A stretch of 64,000 bases of DNA from Actinomycetes bacterium (GCA_031272275.1 JAISUC010000003.1:92214-156213), one strand, 5' to 3'; counted from the first letter of the stretch, positions 38,548 to 47,441 are shown. Notes: generated by a model not told the origin, from the sequence alone. Numbers and translations: made by a program.

Positions 38548-40023
38548 ATGTCGATTGAAAGGCGGGGAACTGCGGCGGTGGTCGTTACGATGGATAAACA
38601 ACGCAAAGAAACCATTCTGTGGCTGGTGTCTTGCGTGCTGGTTTCTGTGGCGACATTGTTTGCGGGGCGTTATCTGTACTTTCTGCATGGATTACCCCGT
38701 CTTTATTTTGCGACACCGCTGTTGGTTTGTTCAGCGGTGCTGCTGTATGCGTTCCTGTTTCGTAGGCGCGGGTTCACCCTGCGTGATGAATTGCGCTCTA
38801 GTTGGCCTTTGCTTCTGCTGGCATTGATGGATGCGGGATACCTGATTATTGCGTACTGTTTGGCCAGGGTATTGCACTGGGAGAACCTCCCTTCACCACG
38901 TTGGTGGCTGAATATCCTTTTTGCTGTGCTGGCATCCTACGCGGCCTTTTTGCTGGGGCGTGTGAATATCGGTCGCAGACGTGCACTGATTGCGAACTTT
39001 TTGGCGGTGTTTCTGGCGATTTCATTGTTGTTTGGCGCATTTCAGTATCTGCAATATGCGGGTTACAGCAATCCGGTTGCAGGTGCCATCCATGTCTTAA
39101 ATGTGGGGACGGCAAAGCTCTACGGAATGTGGGAATGGAATGCTTCTGAGGTGGGGATACGAGTAGCGGGTATCAATACCGATCCTGTGGCTTTTATGTT
39201 TCCCGCGATGGTCGGTGTTGCTTGGGTTTTCGGGGTGAGTGATGTCAGGTGGCGACGCATTCTGATCGGCATACTGTCATTGGGAATCATCTTTCTCAGC
39301 GGTTCGCGTGGCGCATTGATCGTGACCGGAGTTATGTCGATTGTCTATCTGGTTCGACGGGTGGCTCAGTCGAGAAAAAAAGAATCGGTGGGCCAATCGG
39401 ACCGACGTAAATGGGTTTGGTTCGGTTTGGGCTTACTGCTGGTGATACTCGTCGCTGTGATAGTGTTTTGGGTATTCGGATCCAACGGATTGGTGCTGCG
39501 CCTGCGATCTATCGCGGATGATGTTTCACGCAACGGTGTTACTCTGACGACGATTGATACCGCCCTGTCGGGACGGTTAACGGTATGGCGACTGGCATTC
39601 CAGTCTATTGCGCAACACCCTTTCGGGACATGGCATCCCTTAGGAAACTTGTCCGGGACAACTCTGTTTGGCAGTGATATCACTTACTGGCATGCTCATA
39701 ATGACCTCTTGCAACGTTGGGTAATAGGGGGACCGCTTCTCAGTGCTGTTTTGGTGTTGATGTTCGTATGGATGTATATCCGCTGGAAACAGGATCGTCT
39801 GCATCCTGTGGCGACTGATTTCGGTCTGTACTTTTTCTTGGTTGTCGTGTTGTCAGGTTTGACCGAATCGGTCTTTTTCGACAAAGCATTCCTCGTTCTC
39901 GGCTTCTTTGTTTTGGGAATCCTTACCCAGTCCCCATGCGCAGCGGGTGCAGTCGACGAGGACAGACGGGACGTACTCCCCCCCATGAAGGAAGATGTCA
40001 CTGATGTCTACGGGACGACCTAA
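38548..40023 (+). CDS. O-antigen ligase / polymerase (Wzy_C, WaaL-like) family membrane protein
   Basis: ~12 TM with an SGSRGALIV motif and a large external loop before the last TMs. The start is uncertain (38548 or 38590). The C-terminal tail contains the 15-mer motif. Confidence 0.7.
   Translation: MSIERRGTAAVVVTMDKQRKETILWLVSCVLVSVATLFAGRYLYFLHGLPRLYFATPLLVCSAVLLYAFLFRRRGFTLRDELRSSWPLLLLALMDAGYLIIAYCLARVLHWENLPSPRWWLNILFAVLASYAAFLLGRVNIGRRRALIANFLAVFLAISLLFGAFQYLQYAGYSNPVAGAIHVLNVGTAKLYGMWEWNASEVGIRVAGINTDPVAFMFPAMVGVAWVFGVSDVRWRRILIGILSLGIIFLSGSRGALIVTGVMSIVYLVRRVAQSRKKESVGQSDRRKWVWFGLGLLLVILVAVIVFWVFGSNGLVLRLRSIADDVSRNGVTLTTIDTALSGRLTVWRLAFQSIAQHPFGTWHPLGNLSGTTLFGSDITYWHAHNDLLQRWVIGGPLLSAVLVLMFVWMYIRWKQDRLHPVATDFGLYFFLVVVLSGLTESVFFDKAFLVLGFFVLGILTQSPCAAGAVDEDRRDVLPPMKEDVTDVYGTT
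39968..39984 (+). repeat. 15-mer motif copy GGGACGTACTCCCCCCC, intragenic (3' tail of the ligase-like gene)
   Basis: Exact core, read as R-D-V-L-P-P in the gene frame. Confidence 0.9.
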
Positions 40024-40176
40024 GCCCGGCTTGCCCGCTCACGGTTTCGTTCGTTCGCTGTAGATTCGGTTCTCATTTCGTTGCGTGTTCTGTGCCGGTG
40101 GCGTCCAGCGGTTATAATAGCGGGTACAGAAAAATCGTCCGGTTTGCTTACCGCTGTTGAATAGGAGAGTTGGCGC

Positions 40177-41493
40177 GTGTCCGAAAACAAACAGGTTTAC
40201 ATTGCGATTTCTGCCGATATCATTCATAACGGTCACATCAACGTGATTGAACAGGGTGCGGCCCTGGGTGACGTGGTCATCGGTTTGTTGTCCGATGACG
40301 CAATCGCCGCATACAAACGTGCCCCGCTGCTGGATTGGGATACCCGTGCGCGGGTCTTTGCCAGCATCAAAGGGGTCACACGTGTGGTCAAACAAGAAAC
40401 GCTGTCCTATGCGGACAACTTGCGCGCGATTCGTCCCACATATGTTGTGCACGGCGACGATTGGAAAAGCGGAGTGCAGTCCCAGGTGCGCGAAGAGGTG
40501 GTGCGGATTCTGGCGGAACAGGGTGGCGAACTGATCGAGGTTCCCTATACGCGTGATGTGTCGGCGACCTCCCTGGAACGGCAGTTGCGCTCGGTGTATG
40601 GTACTCCCGATATGCGACGGGGCAAGTTGCGCCAGCTGTTGGGTCTGAAACCTTGGATTCGCGCGATCGAGGCATCGAACGGTTTGACCGGTCTGATTGC
40701 GGAAAATGCGCGAGTCGAAGATGCTGCAACCGGTGCCGTACGCGAATTCGATGCGATGTGGGTCAGCTCGCTGTGCGATTCGACCTTTAAAGGCAAGCCG
40801 GATATCGAACTGGTCGATCTGACCAGTCGCGTGAACACCATCAATGAAATCATGGAGGTCACGACCAAGCCGATTATTCTGGACGGTGACACCGGCGGAC
40901 GGACCGAGCACTTCACCTATAACGTCCGCACGCTCGAGCGACTGGGTGTGTCCGCGATCATCGTCGAGGACAAAACCGGCCTGAAACAAAACTCGCTATT
41001 TGGCACCGACGTGCAGCAAACCCTGGACGACCCGCACGAGTTCGCGCGCAAAATGCATGCGGGCAAAGCCGCACAGGCAACCCGTGACTTTATGATATTT
41101 GCGCGTCTGGAGTCCCTGATTGCCGGCATCGGCGTCGACGACGCGCTGGAACGCGCCGACATCTACCTGCACGAAGGCGGCGTGGATGGTCTGATGATTC
41201 ACAGCAAACAGAAAGACGGCGCCGAAATTTTCGAGTTCAGCGACCGATTCCGCCAACGCTACCCCAAAGTTCCGCTGATCTTTGTGCCGACGTCGTACAA
41301 TCAGTTCACCGAATCCGAGCTGGCAGACCACGGCGCTAACATTATCATCTATGCCAACCACCTGTTGCGCAGCGCCTATCCCGCAATGATGGAAACCGCA
41401 ACGACCATTCTGACCGCCGGACGCAGCAAAGAGGTCGACGACCGGTGCCTGCCCATCAAAGAGGTTCTGCGTCTGATTCCGAACGAACTGTGA
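40177..41493 (+). CDS. pepM: Fusion: HxGH cytidylyltransferase-like domain plus phosphoenolpyruvate mutase (PepM/Ppm)
   Basis: GTG start after AGGAGAG. The N-terminal ~130 aa has IIHNGHINVI (HxGH) and VVHGDDW. The C-terminal part carries the PEP-mutase signature EDKTGLKQNS (EDKx5NS) and an isocitrate-lyase-superfamily core. Confidence 0.9.
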   Translation: MSENKQVYIAISADIIHNGHINVIEQGAALGDVVIGLLSDDAIAAYKRAPLLDWDTRARVFASIKGVTRVVKQETLSYADNLRAIRPTYVVHGDDWKSGVQSQVREEVVRILAEQGGELIEVPYTRDVSATSLERQLRSVYGTPDMRRGKLRQLLGLKPWIRAIEASNGLTGLIAENARVEDAATGAVREFDAMWVSSLCDSTFKGKPDIELVDLTSRVNTINEIMEVTTKPIILDGDTGGRTEHFTYNVRTLERLGVSAIIVEDKTGLKQNSLFGTDVQQTLDDPHEFARKMHAGKAAQATRDFMIFARLESLIAGIGVDDALERADIYLHEGGVDGLMIHSKQKDGAEIFEFSDRFRQRYPKVPLIFVPTSYNQFTESELADHGANIIIYANHLLRSAYPAMMETATTILTAGRSKEVDDRCLPIKEVLRLIPNEL

Positions 41494-41498
41494 TCGCG

Positions 41499-42677
41499 AT
41501 GATTGCACCCGACGATTTCATACACGCCGTGAAAGATGCCGGGTTGGATCTGTACGCCGGCGTCCCCGATTCGCTGCTCAAAGAACTGTGTGCCTGCTTG
41601 CGCGACACGGTGCCGGCGGACCGAAACATCATCACCGCCAACGAAGGCAACGCCATCGCGCTGGCTGCCGGCTATCACATCGCGACCGGCAAAGCGGGCG
41701 TAGTCTACATGCAAAACAGCGGTCAGGGAAACGCCGTGAATCCGCTGGCGTCGTTAACCGATCCGGCAGTCTATGCCATCCCCATGCTGCTGCTGATCGG
41801 ATGGCGCGGACAACCCGGTGTCACCGATGAGCCCCAGCACGTCAAACAGGGTGAAATCACCTTAGATCTGCTGCACGTACTGGGCGTTCCCTATCGTGTA
41901 CTGTCGGCGGACTGGCACACCGACCTGGCCGAAATGCTCCGCATCATGCGCGCGCAAAACACGCCCGTGGCACTCGTCATCCCCAAAGGCAGCTTTCAGC
42001 GCTACACTCCCCCGATTAACGACGTGGAAAACACGGCGGGCAAGCACGTCCCCGCGTCCACGGCAGACCGGGATTTGCCGCTACTGCGCGAACAGGCACT
42101 GTCGCTGGTGCTGGACGCCGTCGATCCGGGAGATTTCCTGGTCACAACCACGGGCAAGACCTCGCGTGAACTGTTTGAACTGCGCGAGGCACGCGGTGAT
42201 GGGCATACGCAGGACTTTTTGACCGTGGGTTCGATGGGACACACGGCATCCATTGCGTTCGGGATGGCGCTGGAATCCAACCGGCGCGTGTGGTGCATTG
42301 ACGGCGACGGTTCGTTTTTGATGCATCTGGGTGGCTTGGCGGTTATTGCACAAAATATGCCCGACAATTTCCGTTATGTGTTGAATAACAACGGCGCGCA
42401 CGAATCGGTGGGCGGACAACCGACGGTGGCACGCGACATCGACATAGCGGGCATTTTGCAGGCGATGGGTTTCTTGCGCGTGTTCACGGCGTGCAATGCC
42501 GATGAACTGACCTGTGTCTTGCATCAGATGGCTGACCTGCCGGGCAGCGCCCTGATTATCGAAACACGACCGGGTTCGCGTGACGACTTGGGTCGACCCA
42601 CCACAACACCACAGGAAAATAAAGTTGCCATGATGCGTGCGTTTGCAGGCGACGAAGGAACTGAATCGGCGGGATAG
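41499..42677 (+). CDS. ppd: Phosphonopyruvate decarboxylase (ThDP-dependent)
   Basis: GVPDSLLKELC at the N-terminus, ANEGNAIALAAGY, and ThDP motif IDGDGSFLMH...NNGAHESVGG. It starts 6 nt after the pepM stop. Confidence 0.88.
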   Translation: MIAPDDFIHAVKDAGLDLYAGVPDSLLKELCACLRDTVPADRNIITANEGNAIALAAGYHIATGKAGVVYMQNSGQGNAVNPLASLTDPAVYAIPMLLLIGWRGQPGVTDEPQHVKQGEITLDLLHVLGVPYRVLSADWHTDLAEMLRIMRAQNTPVALVIPKGSFQRYTPPINDVENTAGKHVPASTADRDLPLLREQALSLVLDAVDPGDFLVTTTGKTSRELFELREARGDGHTQDFLTVGSMGHTASIAFGMALESNRRVWCIDGDGSFLMHLGGLAVIAQNMPDNFRYVLNNNGAHESVGGQPTVARDIDIAGILQAMGFLRVFTACNADELTCVLHQMADLPGSALIIETRPGSRDDLGRPTTTPQENKVAMMRAFAGDEGTESAG

Positions 42678-42774
42678 GCGACAGCGCACACCACAAGGTG
42701 TCAGTCCGTCGCGCGCGACGGGGCGGACAGACAATCGATTAGGCATTTGACAGGTAAAGGACAGAAAGAATCAG

Positions 42775-44625
42775 ATGAAAGCGGTTATTTTTAACTCGGG
42801 TATCGGCAAGCGTATGGGGGAATTCACCCGCACGCAGCACAAGTCGATGGCACGCCTGGCAAATGGCGAGACCCTGTTTGCACGCCAGTTGCGCCTGTTG
42901 CGTGCGGCGGGCATTCGTGATTTTGTGGTGACAACCGGTCCTTTTGCCGACCAGTTACAACAAACGGTACATGCCGCGCGTTATGCGGATTGCCGGGTGA
43001 CGTTTGTTGAAAACCCCGATTACGCAACGACGAACTATATCGTCTCGATGCACCGGGCTGCCGCTTATCTGGACGACGACCTGTTGTTTTTGCATGGTGA
43101 CTTGGTGTTCGATGCGGATTATCCAGGCGTGGTGATGAATGCACCGTACCGGGACCTAGGTTCGGTGAACACAAAGCTGTCGTTGCCCGAAAAGGACTTC
43201 AAAGCCAGAGTAATCGACGGCCGTGTGCGCGAGGTTTCGGTCGGCATTTTCGGCGATGACTGCGTGGCGTTTCAGCCGTTTTACAAGCTGTCGCGTGCAA
43301 CTGCCGCAGCCTGGCTGGCACGGGTTGCCGATTTCGTTGCTGCAGGGAACACGCAGGTGTATGCGGAAAACGCACTGAATGAATTGTTGGCTGATCTACC
43401 GGTGCATGCATTCAGTTATGCGGATCACTACGTCGAAGAGATTGACACCACAGATGACCTGGCACGCGTGTCCGCGGCCATCCGCGACTATGATTTCGCG
43501 CAGCAACCGACCGTGACCGATGACACCGAATCGGCGTTGCAAGTGTTGCTGGATCAGGTGGGTGCTGTTACGCGCCCCATGCTTGTTGCTGGCATCGCAC
43601 CGGACAGGCTGGGGTTGACCGAAACCTTGGACCGCTGGCGCAGTACCGGTGCGGTCATCACCGGATTCAGCAATTTTTCCCCGAATCCGACCTACGAACA
43701 GGTCGCAGCAGGTGTGCGCCTGTTTCGTGATGCCGACTGTGATGCGCTGGTGTCGCTGGGTGGTGGCAGTGCCATCGACACCGCCAAATGCATCAAACTG
43801 TATGGCGGGCTGGATCTGAGCGGTGACACCGATCTCACTGACGCCGTGCCCCTGAATGTGCCCCATATCGCCATCCCCACCACAGCAGGCACCGGCAGCG
43901 AGGCCACGCGCTTTGCGGTCATTTATCGCGACGGAGCCAAACAGTCGGTGACCCACGACGGCATCGTGCCGGATGCAGCGCTACTGGATGCGGCACTGTT
44001 GGCGGGGCTTCCCGATTACCAGCGCAAGGCAACCTTGCTGGATGCACTGGCACAGGCCATCGAGTCCTGGTGGTCGGTCAACTCGACCCCACAGTCAATC
44101 GACTATTCCCGCCGCGCCATCGCGCTGATACTGCCTGCAATCGACGGCTTTCTGGCGGGGGATGACACGGCTGCGTCGGCGATGCTACAGGCGGCCAACT
44201 TAGCGGGGCGCGCCATCAACCTGACCCAGACCACGGCGGCCCACGCGATGAGCTATAAAGTGACGTCGCTCATGGGTCCCGCGCACGGGCACGCGGTGGC
44301 ACTGTGCCTGCCGGGTGTCTGGCGCTATGCGATCACTCATCCGGATGCCTGTATCGATTCACGCGGGGGGGAGTATCTCGCTCGCGTCTTGGATGATCTG
44401 GCGGCATCGTTCGGGGTCGCAACGGCAGCTGATGCCCCCGAGCGGTTTGCGCAGATCCTTGCGGGCTTTGACTTGCCCCCGGTCACAGCGGGCCCACAGA
44501 CAATCGAGATCCTGTGCGCGTCGGTAAACTCGGACCGTCTGCGTAACTTCCCCATCCGCCTGTCCGCAGATGCAATACGCGCGATATATACGCAGGCGTT
44601 GTCGACGGGGGCCATGCATGAGTAA
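42775..44625 (+). CDS. Fusion: LicC/PntC-like nucleotidyltransferase plus iron-containing alcohol dehydrogenase (phosphonoacetaldehyde reductase-like)
   Basis: N-terminus MKAVIFNSGIGKRMG (NTP-transferase loop). The C-terminal half has GGGSAIDTAKC and PTTAGTGSEATRFAV, plus His-rich metal ligands of Fe-ADHs. 616 aa. Confidence 0.8.
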   Translation: MKAVIFNSGIGKRMGEFTRTQHKSMARLANGETLFARQLRLLRAAGIRDFVVTTGPFADQLQQTVHAARYADCRVTFVENPDYATTNYIVSMHRAAAYLDDDLLFLHGDLVFDADYPGVVMNAPYRDLGSVNTKLSLPEKDFKARVIDGRVREVSVGIFGDDCVAFQPFYKLSRATAAAWLARVADFVAAGNTQVYAENALNELLADLPVHAFSYADHYVEEIDTTDDLARVSAAIRDYDFAQQPTVTDDTESALQVLLDQVGAVTRPMLVAGIAPDRLGLTETLDRWRSTGAVITGFSNFSPNPTYEQVAAGVRLFRDADCDALVSLGGGSAIDTAKCIKLYGGLDLSGDTDLTDAVPLNVPHIAIPTTAGTGSEATRFAVIYRDGAKQSVTHDGIVPDAALLDAALLAGLPDYQRKATLLDALAQAIESWWSVNSTPQSIDYSRRAIALILPAIDGFLAGDDTAASAMLQAANLAGRAINLTQTTAAHAMSYKVTSLMGPAHGHAVALCLPGVWRYAITHPDACIDSRGGEYLARVLDDLAASFGVATAADAPERFAQILAGFDLPPVTAGPQTIEILCASVNSDRLRNFPIRLSADAIRAIYTQALSTGAMHE

Positions 44626-46849
44626 CCACGCCATGCACGAGTTGCAGCGCTATGGGCTCGAGATGCTGAAAACATTCGATGCGTTCTGCCGGGAGCATAG
44701 CTTGCCCTATTACCTCGGCGAAGGTACCCTGTTGGGTGCCGTGCGTCATGGGGGCTACATTCCTTGGGATGACGATGTCGATGTGATGATGCTGCGCGAG
44801 GACTATGACCGATTTGTCCGGCTGGCGCGCGAGCACTATCCGGCGCAGCACGTATTGGACTGCATCGACACCAACGATAAGCACTGGTCGATTTGCGCAA
44901 AACTGCAGTTGGCACGCCAAACACCGTATTATTTGGCGCGGTTTGCGGGGCTTGCGCTGAGCAACAACCCCTGCATCGATATTTTTCCGCTGGATCACGT
45001 GGCATCCGACCACGGGCTTCGGCTATGGTGGCAGGCGGCGCGTTCCCGTCTGTATCGACGGGTCCTATGGGTCAAGCTGGGGGTGCATAATTGTTTCACG
45101 CACAAGACCTTGACCGGTCGATTGACGAAGTTCTACCCGTTCAAATTGCTGTCGCTGTTTTTCAGTAAGGATTTTTTGCAGCGTCACCTGGAGTCCACCA
45201 TCCGTGCGCAGAACCGCAACACGAATGCCGCCTATGTGGCGAACTTCGGCAGCCTGTATCCGGTCAAGCGTGAGGTCTGGCCCGTGTCATGGTTTGAGCC
45301 GGTGCCGCACCGGTTCGAGGATCTGGATAGTTTCATTCCCGCCGGATACGACGCGCTGTTACGCCGTGTCTATGGCGATTACATGCAGCTGCCGCCGGCA
45401 GAGGATCGTGTGCCGAAACACAACTATGCGCGCCGTATCGGTGCACCCGGCGAGGACGAACAATTGCGGCTGAGTCGCGGGGAAACGGTCAAGCGCCGCT
45501 TGCAGCTGACGGTGCGGCGCATACGTAAAAAGCTCGTGCGACCGCTCCGCCTGTTGGTGGTGGTGTTGGGCAAACGATTCCCGGGAATCAAGCACCGCTG
45601 GAACGATATGATTATCGATCGACGGCGTGCGCGCTATCAACGTTTGGCCGCAACGATCTCCATTGATCACAAACTGGTCTTTTTCCAGTCCTTTATGGGA
45701 CGCGGCTATACCGACAGCCCCAAGGCGCTGTATCGCGCAATGCTGGCAGACCCCCGCTTTGACGACTACCGGTTTGTGTGGGCATTTCGCGACCCCAAAA
45801 AATATCGCCATCATCCGGATATGAAACGCGCCCAGGTGGTTCGCCATAACTCCGACGAGTTCTATCAGGCTTTTGCAGCTGCGGGAACCTGGATAATGAA
45901 CCTGCGCATACATGCCTGGGTCGACCCCAAGCCGGGACAAGTCTTCGTGCAGACGTGGCACGGCACGCCGCTGAAACGTATCGGCTGCGACATCGAGGTG
46001 CAGACTGCCGGGGCGATTAGTGACAATCAGGACCTTGCAGAGAAATTCCGCATTGACTCCCCCAAACAAACTTGGTTTTTGTCACCGTCGGAATTTGCCA
46101 GCGACTGCTTCCGCACGGCGTTCGATATGGCGCGCTATCACGACCACGACATCATCATCCAAGAGGGCTACCCGCGAAACGATTTTCTGGTGAATTATAC
46201 GCCGCATGACGTTGCCGCCATCAAAAAACGCCTGCTGATTCCCGATGACAAAAAGGTGCTGCTGTATGCGCCGACCTGGCGTGATGACCAACACGATGCG
46301 CGGGTGGGCTATACGTTTCGGGCGGAGCTGGATTTCGATCGCCTGCAGGAAGAATTGGGCGACGACTGGGTGGTGCTGTTTCGGGCGCACTATTATGTGG
46401 CCAGTAGTTTCGATTTCAGCCGCTATCTGGGGTTTGTCTATGATGTCTCGGGCGAAGACGACATCAGCGAACTGTATGTGGTTTCCGACGTGCTGGTGAC
46501 CGATTATTCCAGTTCGTTTTTCGACTATGCGGTGCTGGGTCGCCCCATTTTGTTTTATATGTACGACTACGAATTTTATGCTGGGCAGCTGCGCGGGTTT
46601 TACCTGTCGCTGGATGGGTTACCCGGTCCGATTTCACAGACACAGGATGCGCTGTTGGACGACTTGGCGCGATTGGATGAAATTTCGGGGGAGTATGCCG
46701 AACGCTATGCGGCATTCCGGGCGCGCTATTGCGCTCTGGACGATGGTCATGTCAGCGAACGGGTGCTGCAACGGGTGTTTTTCGGGGACGATGCTGCCGG
46801 TACAGGTGATGTGATTGACGGGAACACGACCGATGGAGGCGGGCAATGA
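44618..46849 (+). CDS. Fusion: LicD-family phosphotransferase plus TagF-family glycerophosphotransferase
   Basis: N-terminal LicD motifs YYLGEGTLLGAVRHGGYIPWDDDVDVMM. The C-terminal part has QTWHGTPLKRIG, LYAPTWRDD and VTDYSSSFFDYAVLGRPILFYMYD. The ATG at 44618 overlaps the upstream stop. Confidence 0.85.
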   Translation: MSNHAMHELQRYGLEMLKTFDAFCREHSLPYYLGEGTLLGAVRHGGYIPWDDDVDVMMLREDYDRFVRLAREHYPAQHVLDCIDTNDKHWSICAKLQLARQTPYYLARFAGLALSNNPCIDIFPLDHVASDHGLRLWWQAARSRLYRRVLWVKLGVHNCFTHKTLTGRLTKFYPFKLLSLFFSKDFLQRHLESTIRAQNRNTNAAYVANFGSLYPVKREVWPVSWFEPVPHRFEDLDSFIPAGYDALLRRVYGDYMQLPPAEDRVPKHNYARRIGAPGEDEQLRLSRGETVKRRLQLTVRRIRKKLVRPLRLLVVVLGKRFPGIKHRWNDMIIDRRRARYQRLAATISIDHKLVFFQSFMGRGYTDSPKALYRAMLADPRFDDYRFVWAFRDPKKYRHHPDMKRAQVVRHNSDEFYQAFAAAGTWIMNLRIHAWVDPKPGQVFVQTWHGTPLKRIGCDIEVQTAGAISDNQDLAEKFRIDSPKQTWFLSPSEFASDCFRTAFDMARYHDHDIIIQEGYPRNDFLVNYTPHDVAAIKKRLLIPDDKKVLLYAPTWRDDQHDARVGYTFRAELDFDRLQEELGDDWVVLFRAHYYVASSFDFSRYLGFVYDVSGEDDISELYVVSDVLVTDYSSSFFDYAVLGRPILFYMYDYEFYAGQLRGFYLSLDGLPGPISQTQDALLDDLARLDEISGEYAERYAAFRARYCALDDGHVSERVLQRVFFGDDAAGTGDVIDGNTTDGGGQ

Positions 46850-47256
46850 AACGAGTGCTGACCTACGGAACCTTTGATTTGCTGCATCACGGGCATATCC
46901 GTATCCTGCGGCGTGCCCGAGAAATGGGCGATTACCTGGTTGTTGCCGTGTCGACCGACGAATTCAATGCCGGCAAGGGCAAGAAATCCTATATGGATTA
47001 TGCGACACGCGCAGAAATCGTCGCGGCCATTCGTTATGTGGACAAGGTCATCCCCGAACGCAGCTGGGAGCAAAAGGTCGAAGACATTGTCGACAACGAC
47101 ATCGACATTGTCGTGATGGGCGATGACTGGGCGGACAGTGATCGCTTCGATTATCTGCGTGATTACTGCGAGCTGGTATTCCTGCCGCGCACTGAAGGTG
47201 TATCAACCACCGAAATCAAGGAAGACCTGCGCCGCGAGGGCAAGCTGTTGGATTGA
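46846..47256 (+). CDS. tagD: Glycerol-3-phosphate cytidylyltransferase
   Basis: TYGTFDLLHHGHIRIL (HxGH) and RTEGVSTTEIK (RTxGISTT). 136 aa, with an ATGA overlap onto the upstream gene. Confidence 0.92.
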   Translation: MKRVLTYGTFDLLHHGHIRILRRAREMGDYLVVAVSTDEFNAGKGKKSYMDYATRAEIVAAIRYVDKVIPERSWEQKVEDIVDNDIDIVVMGDDWADSDRFDYLRDYCELVFLPRTEGVSTTEIKEDLRREGKLLD

Positions 47257-47441
47257 TGGGGCGCGGGCGTTTTGCGAGGGGGCTTAACGGAATCTTAAGA
47301 GTTTGAGGGTGCGGGGGGAGTTTCTCGGAAAAAGTTGTGGATAAGTACTTGCGTTCGCTGTGAGTGGGCTCCAGACTGAAGGGGCAATGACCACCGGTGT
47401 CCGGCGCTGCGGTGCCGGCACTGTCAGAAACGGGGTTGGAT

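Noticed and set aside
40113-40118. TATAAT hexamer upstream of the phosphonate operon as its promoter -10
   Set aside because: I could not identify a convincing -35 element or extended -10 at proper spacing, and a single hexamer is weak evidence. It is left uncalled.
40039-40989. 316-aa minus-strand ORF opposite the NTase-PepM gene; similar long antisense ORFs at 40996..41508, 42081..42746, 43396..43956, 45359..46069
   Set aside because: All are antisense to genes carrying unambiguous catalytic signatures. The compositions are shadow-like.
44361-44380. GGGGGGGAGTATCTCGC inside the NTase-ADH gene as a further copy of the 15-mer motif
   Set aside because: Only the GGGGGAGTA half matches and the second half diverges. 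It could be a decayed copy or chance in G-rich DNA, so it is not counted.
18725-47256. Mobile-element or defence-island interpretation of the accessory region (integrase, transposase, restriction, toxin-antitoxin, CRISPR-Cas)
   Set aside because: Every sizeable ORF is accounted for by glycopolymer biosynthesis or export functions. I saw no recombinase, nuclease-helicase or TA-like pairs. The NYN protein at 17885 is solitary.
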